A DNA stretch of 56,715 bases, filler included, from Jimgerdemannia flammicorona (Eukaryota), in NCBI GenBank assembly GCA_003990765.1. It is 2 parts of 2 records of this genome, joined end to end, with 100 filler letters (N's around TTAATTAATTAA, not from the genome) between each part and the next. Parts side by side here need not be neighbours in the genome. Positions count along the whole stretch, not along the records: positions 28,410 to 56,715 come from RBNJ01000571.1; 1 more part is not named here. One strand, 5' to 3'. Positions 39,000 to 52,838 of the stretch are shown here, one piece after another. Positions within the stretch are counted from its first letter, which is position 1, and each line of letters starts with the position of its first letter. A program made the position numbers and the translations under genes. The notes beneath the pieces were generated by a model that saw only the letters and a program-made list of their open reading frames with translations, searched no databases and was not told the origin of the DNA.

Positions 39000-41900
39000 A
39001 TTTTATTCACTACATTTACTACATTTGTTTTTTGTAATTCTATTTGCAGTTCACATCAATTATGCAAGTTTCATTTATGATAATTTTATTCGTGGTTACT
39101 ATTTTTGTTAAATATTAGAAATATAGGTCATAGACTACTTATTATGAGCTTTTTTGTATATATAAATTAATTTTATTTGTATTATATAGCTTTTGCTAAA
39201 TATTAGATAAATAAGTTAAAATTAAATTTTTACAATATATTATTCAGACTAATTGTATGATAGTTATGATTTTCAGATTTTTTTTCAGAGAGTATTTATT
39301 GAAAGATTTATTATAGATTTTATATATTATAATTTTTAAATATTTTTTATTTTAATTAATTAAATAAAATTTTGGGTTTAATAATTAAATTAATTAAAAT
39401 TTATAATTGATATAAATATAAAAAAACAATATATAAATTTATATATTTTAAATATAAAATATATTTAAATAAATATTTTATATTATAATAAAATAATAAA
39501 AATAAATTTTTAATTTAAATTAATTATATATTTATAGTAAAATCTACTAATATTATTAATTTAATATATAATATTTAAAAAAAAAATATAGATACTTTAT
39601 TTATAAATATTATATTTCTTTATAAAGTATTATTAATAATAATAGAGTTAATATAATGAGTTTAATATCTATTCTCTGTTTTATATTATTAAGTTCTAGA
39701 TAAATTATATAAGATCTAAATAAAATAATATATAAAGTAAATAGATATATTCTTTATATTAAAATTTTCATTATTATATATCTCAATTATATAGCTTATA
39801 TATAACTATATCATCTTTGAGCTACATATATTACTTAATATATAAAAATGTGAGTAATTAATAAATAATACTACTGCTCTTTCTTTTTATTTCATATTTC
39901 TAATAAAGTTATAATAAAGATTATAAGCTCTATTTAGTGGCTAATCTTTAAGACTATATATTACTCTATATTAAGATATTATAAGAGATAAATTAAAAAG
40001 CCAGCATAAGTATACTAGCTATAGTAGATGCAGATATATACTTTTAGAATAGATATAATAATAGTTACAATCTCTGTTACTAATATAAATATAACCAAAA
40101 GGTCAATTTCTATCTTTAATGATAAGGACTATACTATTTGGATATTCTATAAACAATCTTCTAGAAAAATATAACTTAGTAGAGTATATAAAACTATAGA
40201 TACAGATTCAAAATTATGATGTTACAAATGATGACTGAGTATTATATAAAATTATATTTATATTGTTAAATTTATAATGAAGTATATAATATATATATAT
40301 AATGACTACTCATAAAGTATGAGAGACTCTATACAATTATCATATATAAGTATCTATATTGAATTAATTTTATCTGAAATCTCAGCTATTTAATCTATAA
40401 ATAAAGTATAAGAAAAGAATCTAAGAATATACTAATTATATTAATAATCTAATAAATTAAGTAAATTCTCTAAATATATCAGCAAAGAGATTCTGGTCTT
40501 TATAAAAAGTCTCTCTGAGATATATAATATTATAATAATAGCTATACACAAAAGTAGTAAGCTTATAGACTATATATATATCTATAAAATAATAAGTTTT
40601 ATAAATAAGGAGATGCATTAAGAAAACAGTAGCAATAATGATAAAAAAGTATTCTATGAATTATGCAGACTAGGTAAGAAGTACTAATAAGGTCAAAAAT
40701 ATAAATTCAAGTTTAATAGAAACTATTATTATTATAGTAAGTATGAGTATATATAAAATAACTACTATTATAAAGATAAGAAGAATGATAAAAATAAATA
40801 TAGAGACTAGTATTGGTAATATAAAAATAGTAAAAAGAATCAAAAGAATAGTAAAGAACAATATAATACAAATATTACAAAAACTAATAATAACTAAGAT
40901 AGAGATATATTTTATATATAAGTAATATATATTGAGTATCTAGAGAAGATATCTATATTAAGCTATATATTTTTGAACTAGTAAAAAACATTAATATTAA
41001 TAGTAAAGTATATACATATCAATATAACTAATAATAACAATATAAAACTTATAGATTCTGATACTATATATTCCTAAATACATCTCACTCACTTTTATCT
41101 AGAGCCTTGGCCTATATTTCCTTATCAGTAGCTACCATTGAATCTATTGGCTTTTTTTGTTTTTTGTTTTTTTTTTTTAAAAAATAAATCTTTCATTATC
41201 CAAAATAAGTTGCTTCAACTGATCAAAGAAAAAAAGAATGCATACTATAGCAAACTCCAGCATGCACTGAATCATTGTAAATATTGAGTTCCAATGCATA
41301 CAGATGTCTAATATAAGCTCTTTCAGAGCTAAACTAATTGTCCTACACTATGTAGTGAATTTGTCTCATCATTGTGGAGATGATTAGACCAATACAACTA
41401 GTTTGTATAGCTTGGAAATTATACTCAGAGCCCCTCCTCTCTTGGGTGTTTTGTCTATGTGTATAAGATAATCCTGATCAATATGTGGACCTGGTATTAC
41501 ACATGATAGCTTTCTGTACCAAAGGTCATGTTTTTCTATTTGAGGCTGGCCACTAAAACTTGGAAAAATATTGAGTTATTTGTAGCATTGTCTGTCATAA
41601 TGGCCAAAATCTGTACTTGAAATATTTAGTTTGTGAATTATGTAAAAATAAATAACTAATAAAATCTGTTTTATTTTAGGATCTCCCTCAAAATGCTGAC
41701 CTGATGACAAGCCCCCCTTTTTTTTACCTTAGTTGTGATCCCAAGCTTCTGAATATAACTAATAAAAGCATCTGTGATGTTGTCTCCAAAATGAGGGCCA
41801 GCAAGTTTGATGAAGTCAAGGGTGAGATATTTAAGCTACCAATTGAGGTCAATCTAATGATCAATAATACCCAGAAATGAAATTGCATTGAGGGATATCT

Positions 41901-43000
41901 ATGTATCATTTGTAAACAAAATTTTGTCTGCCAAATTCTGCTTATTGAATGTAAGGTTAAATTGGTGAGCTCTTTTATATAATTCAGCTTACAAAGGTCA
42001 CAGTACCACCCTTATTTTACCTGAAGTATCTGGTAGAGATTGTCATACTCCTTTCTATAGGCCTCCAGGATATCTTTGTAAATAGTATCAGTACTTGGCA
42101 AATATAAATCATACTTGAGAAGACCAAAGATGCTATGTAATTGATCACTCTCAATGGTTGTAAATGGCTGGTCTGTGCATACAATCTAGCAAATAAACTG
42201 ATTTCAAAATTCTGCTAAAGAGTATGGCTAAATATTTTTGATTAAATAGTGTTGTTAGTATAGAAATGGTTGGGCAATCAGATAAATATACCCACTATAG
42301 CTTAGATGTCAATTTTATTTATTTCTATGTTCTTTTTGATTTTGTTAGAGTGCTTGTCTTTTATATATTGATTTATGTTCAAAGTTGTACTATTAAGCAT
42401 TTTGAACTTCTGGCTGGTGTAGTTTATGAGGGTAGATGAAACAATATCATGTGTGTATCAAATAAGTCAATAGGTGCATCTTAATTTTTTATCTACAATA
42501 ATTACAAACAATATCATCTCCTATCTTAGCATAATATTGCCAGATTTCAGAGCAAGGATTATATAGAAGGTGTGGAACTATCAGAGATATTTGACTTGAA
42601 GTGCTGGAAGAATTTGAAATCTCAGCTAGTATGTAGTGTAGACAATAGTTGGCTCACTATAGGGTGGGTTTTAGTAGTGTGGGTAGGACTAGCTGATCAT
42701 TGGCTCTTTGTTTTCAAGGAGAGGCAATAGATGGGTTTATAGAAGAAATTATTATGGTGGAAGAGGTTGATGGAGGAGTGGTGGGTAAGTTGGGGCCTCC
42801 AGGGTGGGTGATATTACAGTCTGGTGGAAAAGATCTATGAACAGAGTAGTGGGCAGATAGAGATGGTGTTAGACAAAGTGGCTTTTTATTGAGTAGGGGT
42901 GAGGGAGAGGGAAGTCCTCCTAGGGGGATTGAATGAGGGGTGGACTTAATATATTTATATGAGATAGATGAGTATTAATAAAGGAAGGAGTCCAAGTAAC

Positions 43001-43036
<36 letters not shown>

Positions 43037-44000
43037 TGTTTAACTTAAAGTATCATCAGTACTGTAAACTGTTGAAGACTGATCTGTCAATATGTATGTT
43101 TGTGTATTTATGTATATATGTGTATGTATGTGTATATATTGTATATGCATGTATGTGTATTGTATATATGGATGCATTTAGCATATAAGTCATGTGGAGG
43201 ATTTAGATTAAAGGATTTAGTTGAAGGATAAGGATGAGGATTTGAATTGGAGAATTCAGATTGAGTGATTTGAATTGAGTGATTCAGATTGAGTGATTCA
43301 AATTGAGGTGGTTCAGATGGGTGATTCAGATGGGACAATTCAGATGGGGTAATTCAGATTAATCTGAGTTAATTCAGATAGCTTCAGATTTGAGATTTGG
43401 ATCAAACTATCATATAATAAATCAAATCCAAATTTGATTCGAATTGACTTGTTCAGAGCACTATTATTAATATCTATTATCTTAGAAATATAAAAATATT
43501 CTTAATGTATTTATTTTTATTTATATAGATTTTTAATTATAAAAATAATAATAAAAGTTAGTATATCTTAGTTATATATTTCAGTAAAAAATAATTTTAT
43601 TTTTTTGACTGTTTTGTACCTATATTTAGAGATAAGATTTTAAAAGTTTATAACTTTTAAAATTATAATAGTTTTTAAGAAAAAATTTATCAATAATTTT
43701 TTATATACATAATAATTCTATCTTTGGTAAAAATTTTATAAAAAAATTTTTTTTTTTTTTAAATAAATTAAGATATATTTTTAATATAAAAACAATGTTT
43801 CAAAAAATCTTTTTTTTTCAAACTTTAATTTGTCTGCTAAATGATTTTAAAAGAATAGTCAAAGGGATATAACTTACTATAGTATCTTTAACTTATTTAG
43901 ATATAGCTTTTTCTTAATACCTTAAGATCTACAAAATTTATTTATTTTTATTAAAGTTTTATTTTTTTTCTTTGCATTTTTTCTATGTAGAAGTGACTAT
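39000..44000. repeat. Very AT-rich decayed repeat block
   Basis: Abrupt composition shift, almost no CpG, abundant TpA. Confidence 0.75.
41100..43463 (-). mobile_element. Degenerate hAT DNA transposon remnant
   Basis: Minus-strand relics IVCTDQPFTTIE, TNDT*ISLNAISFLGIIDH*ID, ILAIMTDNATN, DICMHWNS; GATTCAGAT subterminal repeats at 43250-43445; putative end TAGTGCTCTG at 43463. Confidence 0.75.
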
Positions 44001-45469
44001 TTTTCCTCATTGGCAAATTTGCTTACCTAATTGACTAGCTATTGATCTCTGATTCATCACACAAAATTTTGTCAGGACCGCATACCTTAATCCCAAATTG
44101 ATGATGATTTTGATGACGTTTCCCTTGATGACGTCTCATATAAGCCACTCAAGAAATTATCAAAAAGAGTTGAATGACGTGACAAATAGCGACGTCATTG
44201 CTGATGACGATTTAACGAACGTGTAGACCATCCGTGGACGAGTAGACAATCCGTTACTTACGTCCCCCAAATGTCCATCCATTCTCAACCATGTAAGGAG
44301 CATGAGAGTGGGCGACGTGGTTGGCGGCAGGAGTCCATTCGGGGGTGCCAGGCTCGGGAACCCATTCGGGGGTAGCAGGCTTTTCATGGTGGAATGTAAA
44401 CACGATGCACAGTATAAATTGTAAGAAATCGCACTCACCCTCCTATTCCTTATTAGTACTCCAACGGAACGTCTCCGAGTGGGTATCTATCCAAGGAGAC
44501 GGGGGAACATTATTACTAAAAGGCTTCAGTATACGTATATAGAATACATTTTAGAAGATTACACTTCGTTTGTTGGACTGAACCAGAGGTTGGCGAAGAT
44601 AAATTCTTTGCGTACATGGAGTGATGCGCTGACATGTGACCAGTTATGAGGAATTGGGGTTTTGCGTGGTCAAGCATCAGATGTGTGGGATAAGAGAGTA
44701 TGGACGTTGTGTGGTGTTTACAGTTCCACGCCTCTGATGGATGTTGATTATGTCGCAATATATGTTAATAAAGCTTTGTTTGTGGTTTTGCTACATAATG
44801 GGGAATTTTACAGTAGAGTACACTGAAGGTACGCGATTTTACATATCTATCAAACAGAAATCGACTATTGTGTACAACTATATACAAATTCTACGCCAAA
44901 TGGGTGGGAGAAACAGGTGCGAACACAGAACAAAAAAGATTCAGCTTAATATCTTGTCTTTTAATTTTTTACCCCGAGTTAGATTATCTGGATTGATATG
45001 GGACAGAGCGTTTCGCAGCTGGATCGTTTGGTGCGTGGGGTAACCTATTTAGTGTGATGCTGATAGGCAGTGGTACATGTACATACTGACCAAATACGAC
45101 GATCCAGAATCCAATTGAAGGTTGCATATTTACCATTGCCAGCCATTCCAAGCATTCCAAGCATATATATACTGATGAGCGCTATCAAAAGTCTAAAAAT
45201 GCTGAAGTCCTGTTTGTTGTGGAGAAGCGGGGATGGATGAGCGAGAGAGGCATAAAGCGCACGTTTACGAAATTCACAACATCAGTTGGCGGGTGCCATA
45301 ACTATCAATCGAACCAGCGATGCTCACCTCAACGTGTCAGACGTACGTGAACAAAGCCATGCAGGAGAGGGAAGTTAAAAAAAAAAAAAAAGGCTGGATT
45401 AGCCCCTAATTTTCATATCACTTGTTCTCTCTTGATCACTTAGAACCTCGCGCCAGTTCATACGCCCCC

Positions 45470-47039
45470 TTAAGAGAAACAAAAAGGTAAAGAAGGGTAG
45501 CATGTAACTCCTCTTTCTCGCACCTCAATGGAAGCATGGCTAAGATGATTAAGACTTGTAGTGAGTCAAGTTCGACAGAGGCATTCGGTGGATCAGCCAT
45601 TGAGCTGGATTGGGACGAACTAAATTAGATAACATAATATCCGGTATTGTTTATGCAGGTGGAGAACGACAAGGTATTTTAATCCAATACTTACGTTTCA
45701 TTAGATACATCCTCCGTAAGGCTTGCAGTCTGTGATGGCGGCGGTAACAGTTCTCTGATGGTCTTCTCGTGAGCTTTGAAGAACATAAAAAGTGATGCTC
45801 GGATTGCCTCAGTTGGCTTGAATCCACCAGAAAACGACTCAAACTCGTCGTTGAATTTTTCTTCGTCCCACTGTCGCACGAAGGTTCTATCTTGGAGGGT
45901 GTAAGCTTCGTTGACGTAATCGTTAAGTACATCTGATTAAAAAAAAAAAAAAAAAGGGGTTAGAAGCCGATCTCAATCTTGTGTTGCCGGCGTTCAATAG
46001 AACGACCTGGGTGCTCACACCAGAACAACACCCACTAAAAGGCGCCCACCCTGAACACAATCACGCAATTCTAACCTGTGACTTTCCAACGGGTATGGGC
46101 GATTCGTAATGGCGATGTGGCAGTCATCTTGCAAAAACGGTCCCTGCTAATATATCGATTTGAAAGTCAGGATCATCCACGGGGCCGCAAATCAAATAAA
46201 CACAAATTCAGGACGATTCTAATGACTTTACCAGTTTGGATCGAGCCATGTAGCAAAGCCGCGCACAATTGGATCCCGTAGGAGAACCTGGTGATGCATA
46301 TCTTCGAGGGTATCTTCATCGTTTTTGAACGTATGTTGTTTGAATGTCAGTCTGAAACGTCCTTCGCTGTCGTGATCTTCATGAACAGGGAAAATTTGTG
46401 TTGAGCTTAAATGGCCCCACACAAAAGAAATGTTGGATGGTGAGTTTGGGGTACAGCCGAAAAAAAAACAAAAAACTGTCAGACGAAAGGGCAAGGACAT
46501 ACATTTGACTGGTCTCTTCAACATAGGCACGAAACAGGCGATCCGCCAGCTGATACAAATCGTATTATTAGTTATTTGCTAGAAAGTGCGTCACATCGAA
46601 GAAGAGGTTTTGGAAGGACCCGCAGGGAGCGAATTTGAACAGACCTCCACGTCTGACGTCTTCAAGATGGGTATATGTCGGTCTCTGGCCTTTTGTAAAA
46701 TCGTTAGGTATTCATGATCAGTTGGTTTGATTTCGTTGTCAACTACGACAAACTCCTGTTGTTATGATATATTGGTTGGGGTTGAATAGGCAGAATTAAT
46801 ATAGATTGTTTGATTGTGCTTTTCGATAAAATCAGTCAGGAAGGGGTGAAGCCGCATACAGCCTGTTCAATTCCATTCACAATCGTGATGTTTATCGACG
46901 AAGGAAAATATTGCCTGATTTGTTTATCTTCGGATAACCACGTTTTGACAGGGCGTACATCAGAGCGCAAGTGGTAGAACTGCTTCCCAACGAGTGAGTG
47001 AGGAGTCCAGCGTGGCAGCCAGATTTCAGACGAGCTCAT
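45470..47039 (-). CDS. Gene A': BRCT-like N-terminus + uncharacterised domain; kinase-less paralog of gene A (3' end uncertain)
   Basis: Spliced blocks WLPRWTPHSLVGKQFYHLRS / LQKARDRHIPILKTSD / LLRDPIVRGFA / PLRIAHTRWK / VRQWDEEKFN match gene A, with shared intron positions. Confidence 0.75.
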
Positions 47040-47242
47040 GCTTGGGTATTGTTAGTAAACATAGTAAACAGCAATGCAGCGTCAGCTGCATAATTATACA
47101 CGTGACTAAGCCCCACGTGCTTGCCGTGGAAAGAGTCGTTATCTATTTCTTACGCCGCATACTCACAGATTTCTACCATGTTGTCAAGGCCCCTTTTCCC
47201 ATAAACCTCACGGAGATAGTCACCCACTATTTTTGAAATACA

Positions 47243-48178
47243 ATGAATACCACCACGTTCAAGTGTAAATTCGACGAGAATCTCCTTGGTTTCGTTGGTA
47301 AAGCCGTACTTGAGAATTTTGATGTTGAGATGGAAGGTGAGTAGTCCTCTTTCCTCCGGGAACCCCTTTGAAGCCGAATGTGAAGGAAGTCTGAGTCCTG
47401 CTTCTCTCCATTATCTGCAATAGGAATCGGGGGGAAAGATGATGAGGCCATCACTGTCGAGGCATCAAAATGCGGGCGCACCATCATTACGAATGATACA
47501 GATTTTCTCTTCACACTGAACAACGAATACGGTGTAATCGTTCTGTGGGGAGGCATCCACAACGACAACGGTATCTGGCAGCCCTTGCGTTGTTTGAAGA
47601 GGATGGAGAGGCAAACCGCCGTTCTTCTGTTGTTCAAACAAAATTTGAGAGAAATGGAAAGGTACATAATTACAACGCTCTCGTTGTCAAACATTTTCCC
47701 CAAACATATCTAATGGGAAATTATTTTGGCAATTATTTCTAGGATTCGCGATGAAAGGCGTTGTGCACTAGCATCGTTGTCTGGGAGAAAATCTAATCAG
47801 ACTCTTTCGGTGCTGAAGTGGGAATTCATAGAGCCGACAGACGATCAGAAGAAGTACTTCTTGAAGCGACGTGAAGAGAAAACCCTGGAGGCGCTCGAAA
47901 ATGCAAGAAACAATGCATCTGCTTCGCCAACGCCCATTACCGTCAGTACCGAACCGATTCCTCCACAGAAAACTCAAGACTTCTCCGGTTCTCCGCTTAT
48001 TCCTGAAAATACTTCTGAGTCGTCAAAGTCTGCATGTCGAGCGGGGTACCAAGGCTACCCCAATAGAAGAATCCACAATGGCGACTCTGATACTCGAGCA
48101 AATTCTATTGACTTCAACCAAATTTTTATTAGTCTAAGCAGGCCGAATAGTGATTTCCCATTTACGGTATCATTTTAG
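47243..48178 (+). CDS. Gene B': stand-alone PIN-like (DUF5615/Mut7-C type) protein; exons 47243-47336, 47424-47661, 47743-48178
   Basis: FKCKFDENL...GIGGKDDEAI...GRTIITNDTDF...GVIVL pattern; GT-AG introns keep the frame. Confidence 0.8.
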
Positions 48179-48693
48179 TTTGGAACGATGTTTTGAGGAA
48201 CTTGGGTCCTTCATTTTCTATCTTTCAATGAGCCTTTCCTGATTGGGTAACATTGTCCCTACGTTTGGTTCAGATATACCATAGAGTGTGACTCTTTTTA
48301 CGCATGATCATGTGAAAAGTCTTTGCCACAAATAAATGACATGTGAATAATTGGCTTTTCGATATAAGTAGTGCGATACGCCTAGTCCGAAGTTTATAAT
48401 TGACCATTGCTATTGGTTGCTTATGTCACTTTTCTGCGTGACTGTGTGAGATAATAAAAGGGGTATGCAGGTGACAAGCCTGATTACAACGCACTATGGA
48501 CTAACGCGAATATATTTTAAGGACGTCTTACAAATACGTGTATATATATATATATATGTAATACGCTTAACATTATCCTGACTGCATAGAGATTTGAGTC
48601 GACACTTTCTAAAGACAAAAAATGCAAAAGCTACTATCTCATTACATTATTCGCTGGATGATCATATGATAAAACGTCATGAGATAAAAAATA

Positions 48694-51600
48694 TCATTTT
48701 GACCCTTTCTGAGTTTTGCTTCTCTCCAGAATTTCCATTTTCGCTTCCTTTTTCGCCAAGAATCGTATAAGCTCTGGATCCGTGAATTTTCGGAATGTCC
48801 ACTTAACCTCGCCGCCGACACCCTTTGAAAGAACCGCCATCATTGTTTCTCCACTTTTTTGCAGTCTACACGAAAAATTGAATAAACATAAATTCCGTCC
48901 ATTTTCTTATACAAGCAAGGGAAACGAACTCAAATACCAACCTTTCAATCTCACCAAAATAATTCCGGAAAAGAACGTGCACGATATTTTGCTTCTCCTG
49001 TTTTCTCATCCTACGAAGAGTAGCATATCGACCGTCTTCTTCAAGGTAGCCCCCCATGAGGATCAATATCCCGAAAGGGTTGTTTTGGAGATAGAAATCG
49101 GTATCGGTGGTTATAATTGTCCTGCGCTCGGATGTTGCGGTATCGGTGATCGTCTTTTCGGAAGCACCACGGATTCCTAGCGTTTCGAGATCAACTGCAT
49201 CAACACCAAAGTCTAGACGATTGATTATGTCGACCCCGAATCTAAAATTGTCATCGAACATAATCTTAAAGCCTTGGTATTCTGACTTTTGATATCTCAG
49301 CTTAATGTTAATTAGCTGATGAACAACTTGCTGGGCTCCTGGCCGTGCAGACGGCGTATCAGAAGTACATTGTTGATATAACGCGACGAGTTCCTCGGGA
49401 CAGTCTCGAATAGGTTCAAGCCTGCTTGGATTGATCCGCGCGTATCCTGCAGAAGGATTTGTTCCTGAGAGCACCTGTCGGATGATAACACCAAGGCTGA
49501 AGATATCTTGCGACTGGTCAAAGGATGGCGGGGGTCTGTTAATGATGCGTTCGGGGGCTGTGTATGCCATTCTTCCGTACATGTTGGTGGAAGAAAAGAT
49601 TTCGGCTTCTGAGACCGTTCTACTCAGCCCGAAATCAGCGATGACGGGATTGCGATCGACATTGATCAAGATATTGGCAGAGTGAAGATCGCAATGGACA
49701 ATGTTCGCTGCGTGAAGATGGGCGAGGCCGTATGCAATACCCATACACATGTCTATCCGCTGCGATTGAAGAACGTTCAATTTATAGTTCGGTTCACAAA
49801 CGTACTCTTGCAAACTGGATATCGCGAGCTCCATGACGATGTACGGATGATGCAAATGGTTCTGGGAGATGCCGTAGAAATTCACAATGTTCCTATGGGT
49901 AGTGACGGAATTCAGAACTTTAACCTCGCGAATGGTGGCAGTAATGTCGTCGATCTGCTGTTTGACTGCAACCTGTTTTCCGTTCCAAATGCCACGGTGA
50001 ACATCTGCAAATGCTCCGCGTTTGTAGAAATATTTCTCAATTTTCAGATCGTCTATAGGGATAATGTAGGAGCCCAGACGTTTCAACTGCTCGAAAACTT
50101 TGGATAGCGCCCCTTGATCAGTGGCTTTAAGATAGAAAGAAGGACACAGTTTAATCAAAGATAAACATTCATGTAAATGAAACAAAAGATATTAAACTTA
50201 CGGTCAAGGTCGCGACTTCTGGCATTGACGACCGTCATGCTGCTATTACTGACATCTACGATCGTCATGCTGTTATCCCACTGCCGATCTCTGTCGTCAA
50301 AGCCGTCTGCCAAGTCGCTCAACTTTTTCACAATCTCGGTGATATTTGGCAAAATCGACGATTCTCGGTTCCAGCACTGATCCCATAAACTGTGATATTC
50401 TTCGGGAGTATTCTCTGGAAATTCTGTTTCCCGCTTCCCTTCCGTAATGCTCTGCCACACCATCGAATTATCTGCATTGTCGAATGCTGGTCTTAACGCG
50501 GAGATCTCCCAGAGCAGAACCCCAAAGCTAAAATAATTAACGGGTCAACTCTGAGTATTTCATTTCACGATGGCAAGTTTGAGAGAATACTCGGCGATTC
50601 CGTATTCATAGGAACTACGGCAGAAATTTCGGTACAAAACGATACCTGCCTATATACATCCCGACTCAGTTCAGTGTTGGGTTGCTGGTCATCAAAGCGG
50701 TCGCTAGTGCTTTTGCTACTCATGCTGAATCCACTCAATGCTATGCTACCGTTTTGGCGAACCAGAATATTACTGCAATCCAGATTGTCATGAACGAAGC
50801 CGTTGTTATGAATGCACTGCAATGCATGCGCCAGTTGTAGAGCCATGTCAACCTTGAACGGCCATCGAAGATTTGGACGGTTTTTCCAATAGTCATGAAG
50901 GCTTCCGTTGCTGGCATACTCCATAACCATTTCGAATTCTTTTGTCAAAGGGTTGCTGTATATGAGACGAAAAGCACAAAATTTGTTACCCTGATCGTCT
51001 ATAAGACAGGGATGGAGTGGTTTTTTATATTTATATAATGAATGCTTACCATGTTGCGCCCTCCAGCTGGATTATATTGTCACTTGGGCCAACGGAATAG
51101 ATCGATCGCATTTCACGTAAAAATAAGCTCCTTTCGTAAAAAACCTTAAGGGCAACATCGCGATCGTTCCATGTCACACGATAAACCGACCCGGAATCGC
51201 CTCGGCCAATCAAGTTCGCAGCATCGAACTCAATGTCTTGGTAGGGTATAGTCTTGATAGCACCTTCTGAGAGTCTTGCGTTAAACCAAACTTGATCGGT
51301 TTCTGGCGAATTCCCCTGATTTGATGCGGCCTTTGCCCGTCTCGGGGCCACCACGGTTTGTAATAGATCGGTGACCAATTGTCCGCGTTGAATGTGTTGG
51401 TGGATTAGCCAATGTCCACAGTCGGCCATTTGTTCAATTTGCAATTGTTGCACTTCGATCGCTTTTTTGTTGGTTTCCTCATCGAGAATAATTTCCTGTA
51501 TCAATTTGATGTTATCCAGGTCAGCTGGCGACGGCGTCATCGTCTCATTGTTGTCACCCGGAATTTCTTCGTCGGTTTCGGTCGCGCTTTCGATACTTGG

Positions 51601-52188
51601 GCTGGCAGATGCTGGAGGCAGCCGATCCTTTACAGATTTCTCATTCGTTATGTAGAATACAAAAAGGGCAGCGCGAACAGCCTTTGTTGGCTTGACATGG
51701 TCCGATGGTGTCTTGAAATCTTCATTAAACTTGGCTTCATCCCATTCTCGAACGCAAGTCGTTGGACCGACAAAATCCCACGCATTAGATCGGTAATCAC
51801 CCAGGACGTCTTTAATTTTCCAACGCGTATTGACAATCCGCAATGGGTTTGTTCTTATTATCTCACGGAAGTGTTTCCTGTCGAGTTGCGGATGAACTTG
51901 TTATTCAACTTGGTTAAAACACCCCCCTCCCCCCCAAAAAGGGAAAAAAGATGCGTCGTTCGATGTTCCGTTGTAGAGGATGCATGTAAATATTTACCAG
52001 TCGTCATCCAATGTTTGAGCAAATTTGCGAACAATTGGATCCCTGAGAAGAATTTCGTGATCCAAGAGCTCATTCCCCTCGTCACTATTCCGGCATTCAA
52101 TGTCATTTTCCCCGAATGTCAGCGTAGGACAACCATCTGTATCACGGCCCTCTTGAACGGTGAACTGTTTTGCACTTTCACTGCTGAC

Positions 52189-52231
<43 letters not shown>

Positions 52232-52838
52232 AAAGAAATTAGAATGAGCTAAGAACATCTACGTTGATGTGAATACCGAAAATGTAGGCGCTTAATGAAT
52301 TAGTAATTTCTGCCTTTACTTGCGAGGATGGCCAAACAAGTCATTTAATTTAGTTTTAGTAGAGCCATGAAAGAGCTGTCGCGCCAGCTGGATGTTCAGG
52401 ATTGCGAAAATAGAGATGACAAATTTATTAACAATTTTGTTGAACTCCAAAATACAAAGAATCGCACAGTAATTCTAAGACATACCTTTAAGTCAGACGT
52501 CTTCAAAATAGGTATGTTTCTTTCCCTTGCCTTTCGGAGGACATCTTGGTATGCAGCATCCGTTGGTGGGACGTCATCGTCAACTGCAACAAATCCCTAT
52601 AATTTTATGGACATAGAGATGGGTAAATATTCAATTTCGTTTTGTTTAACCTCCTCTGAACTCAGGACGGTAACTTTACCGCTTGATCAATATTATTGAC
52701 TAAATAAGCATCTAACGGCTCATCTCGAGTTGAACATGTTGCAGAGTTGCCGGAACGTAAGTGGTAGAATCGTTTGCCTTTGAGGAGATAGGGAGTCGGC
52801 CGTGGAAGCCAAACATCGTTCAGGGGGGAGGTTCTCAT
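48694..52838 (-). CDS. Gene A: BRCT-like + unknown domain + pseudokinase + TKL-type kinase + C-terminal PIN-like domain
   Basis: Kinase 1 has GRGDSG and VALK but HDN for HRD, GFS for DFG and no APE. Kinase 2 has VAVK, HCDLHSAN, DFG, APE. Tail reads FKIMFDDN...GIRGASE...RTIITTDTDF. Last exon 48694-48865. Confidence 0.82.

Noticed and set aside
40670..40925. Hydrophobic and Ile/Lys-rich short ORFs
   Set aside because: Compositional artefacts of AT-rich decayed DNA.
41100..41110. TAGAGCCTTG as the second TIR of the hAT relic
   Set aside because: Weak match, and transposase-like coding appears to continue up to it; more likely a truncation point.
51412..52242. 276-aa plus-strand ORF
   Set aside because: Antisense shadow of gene A that runs into an intronic poly(A/T) tract.
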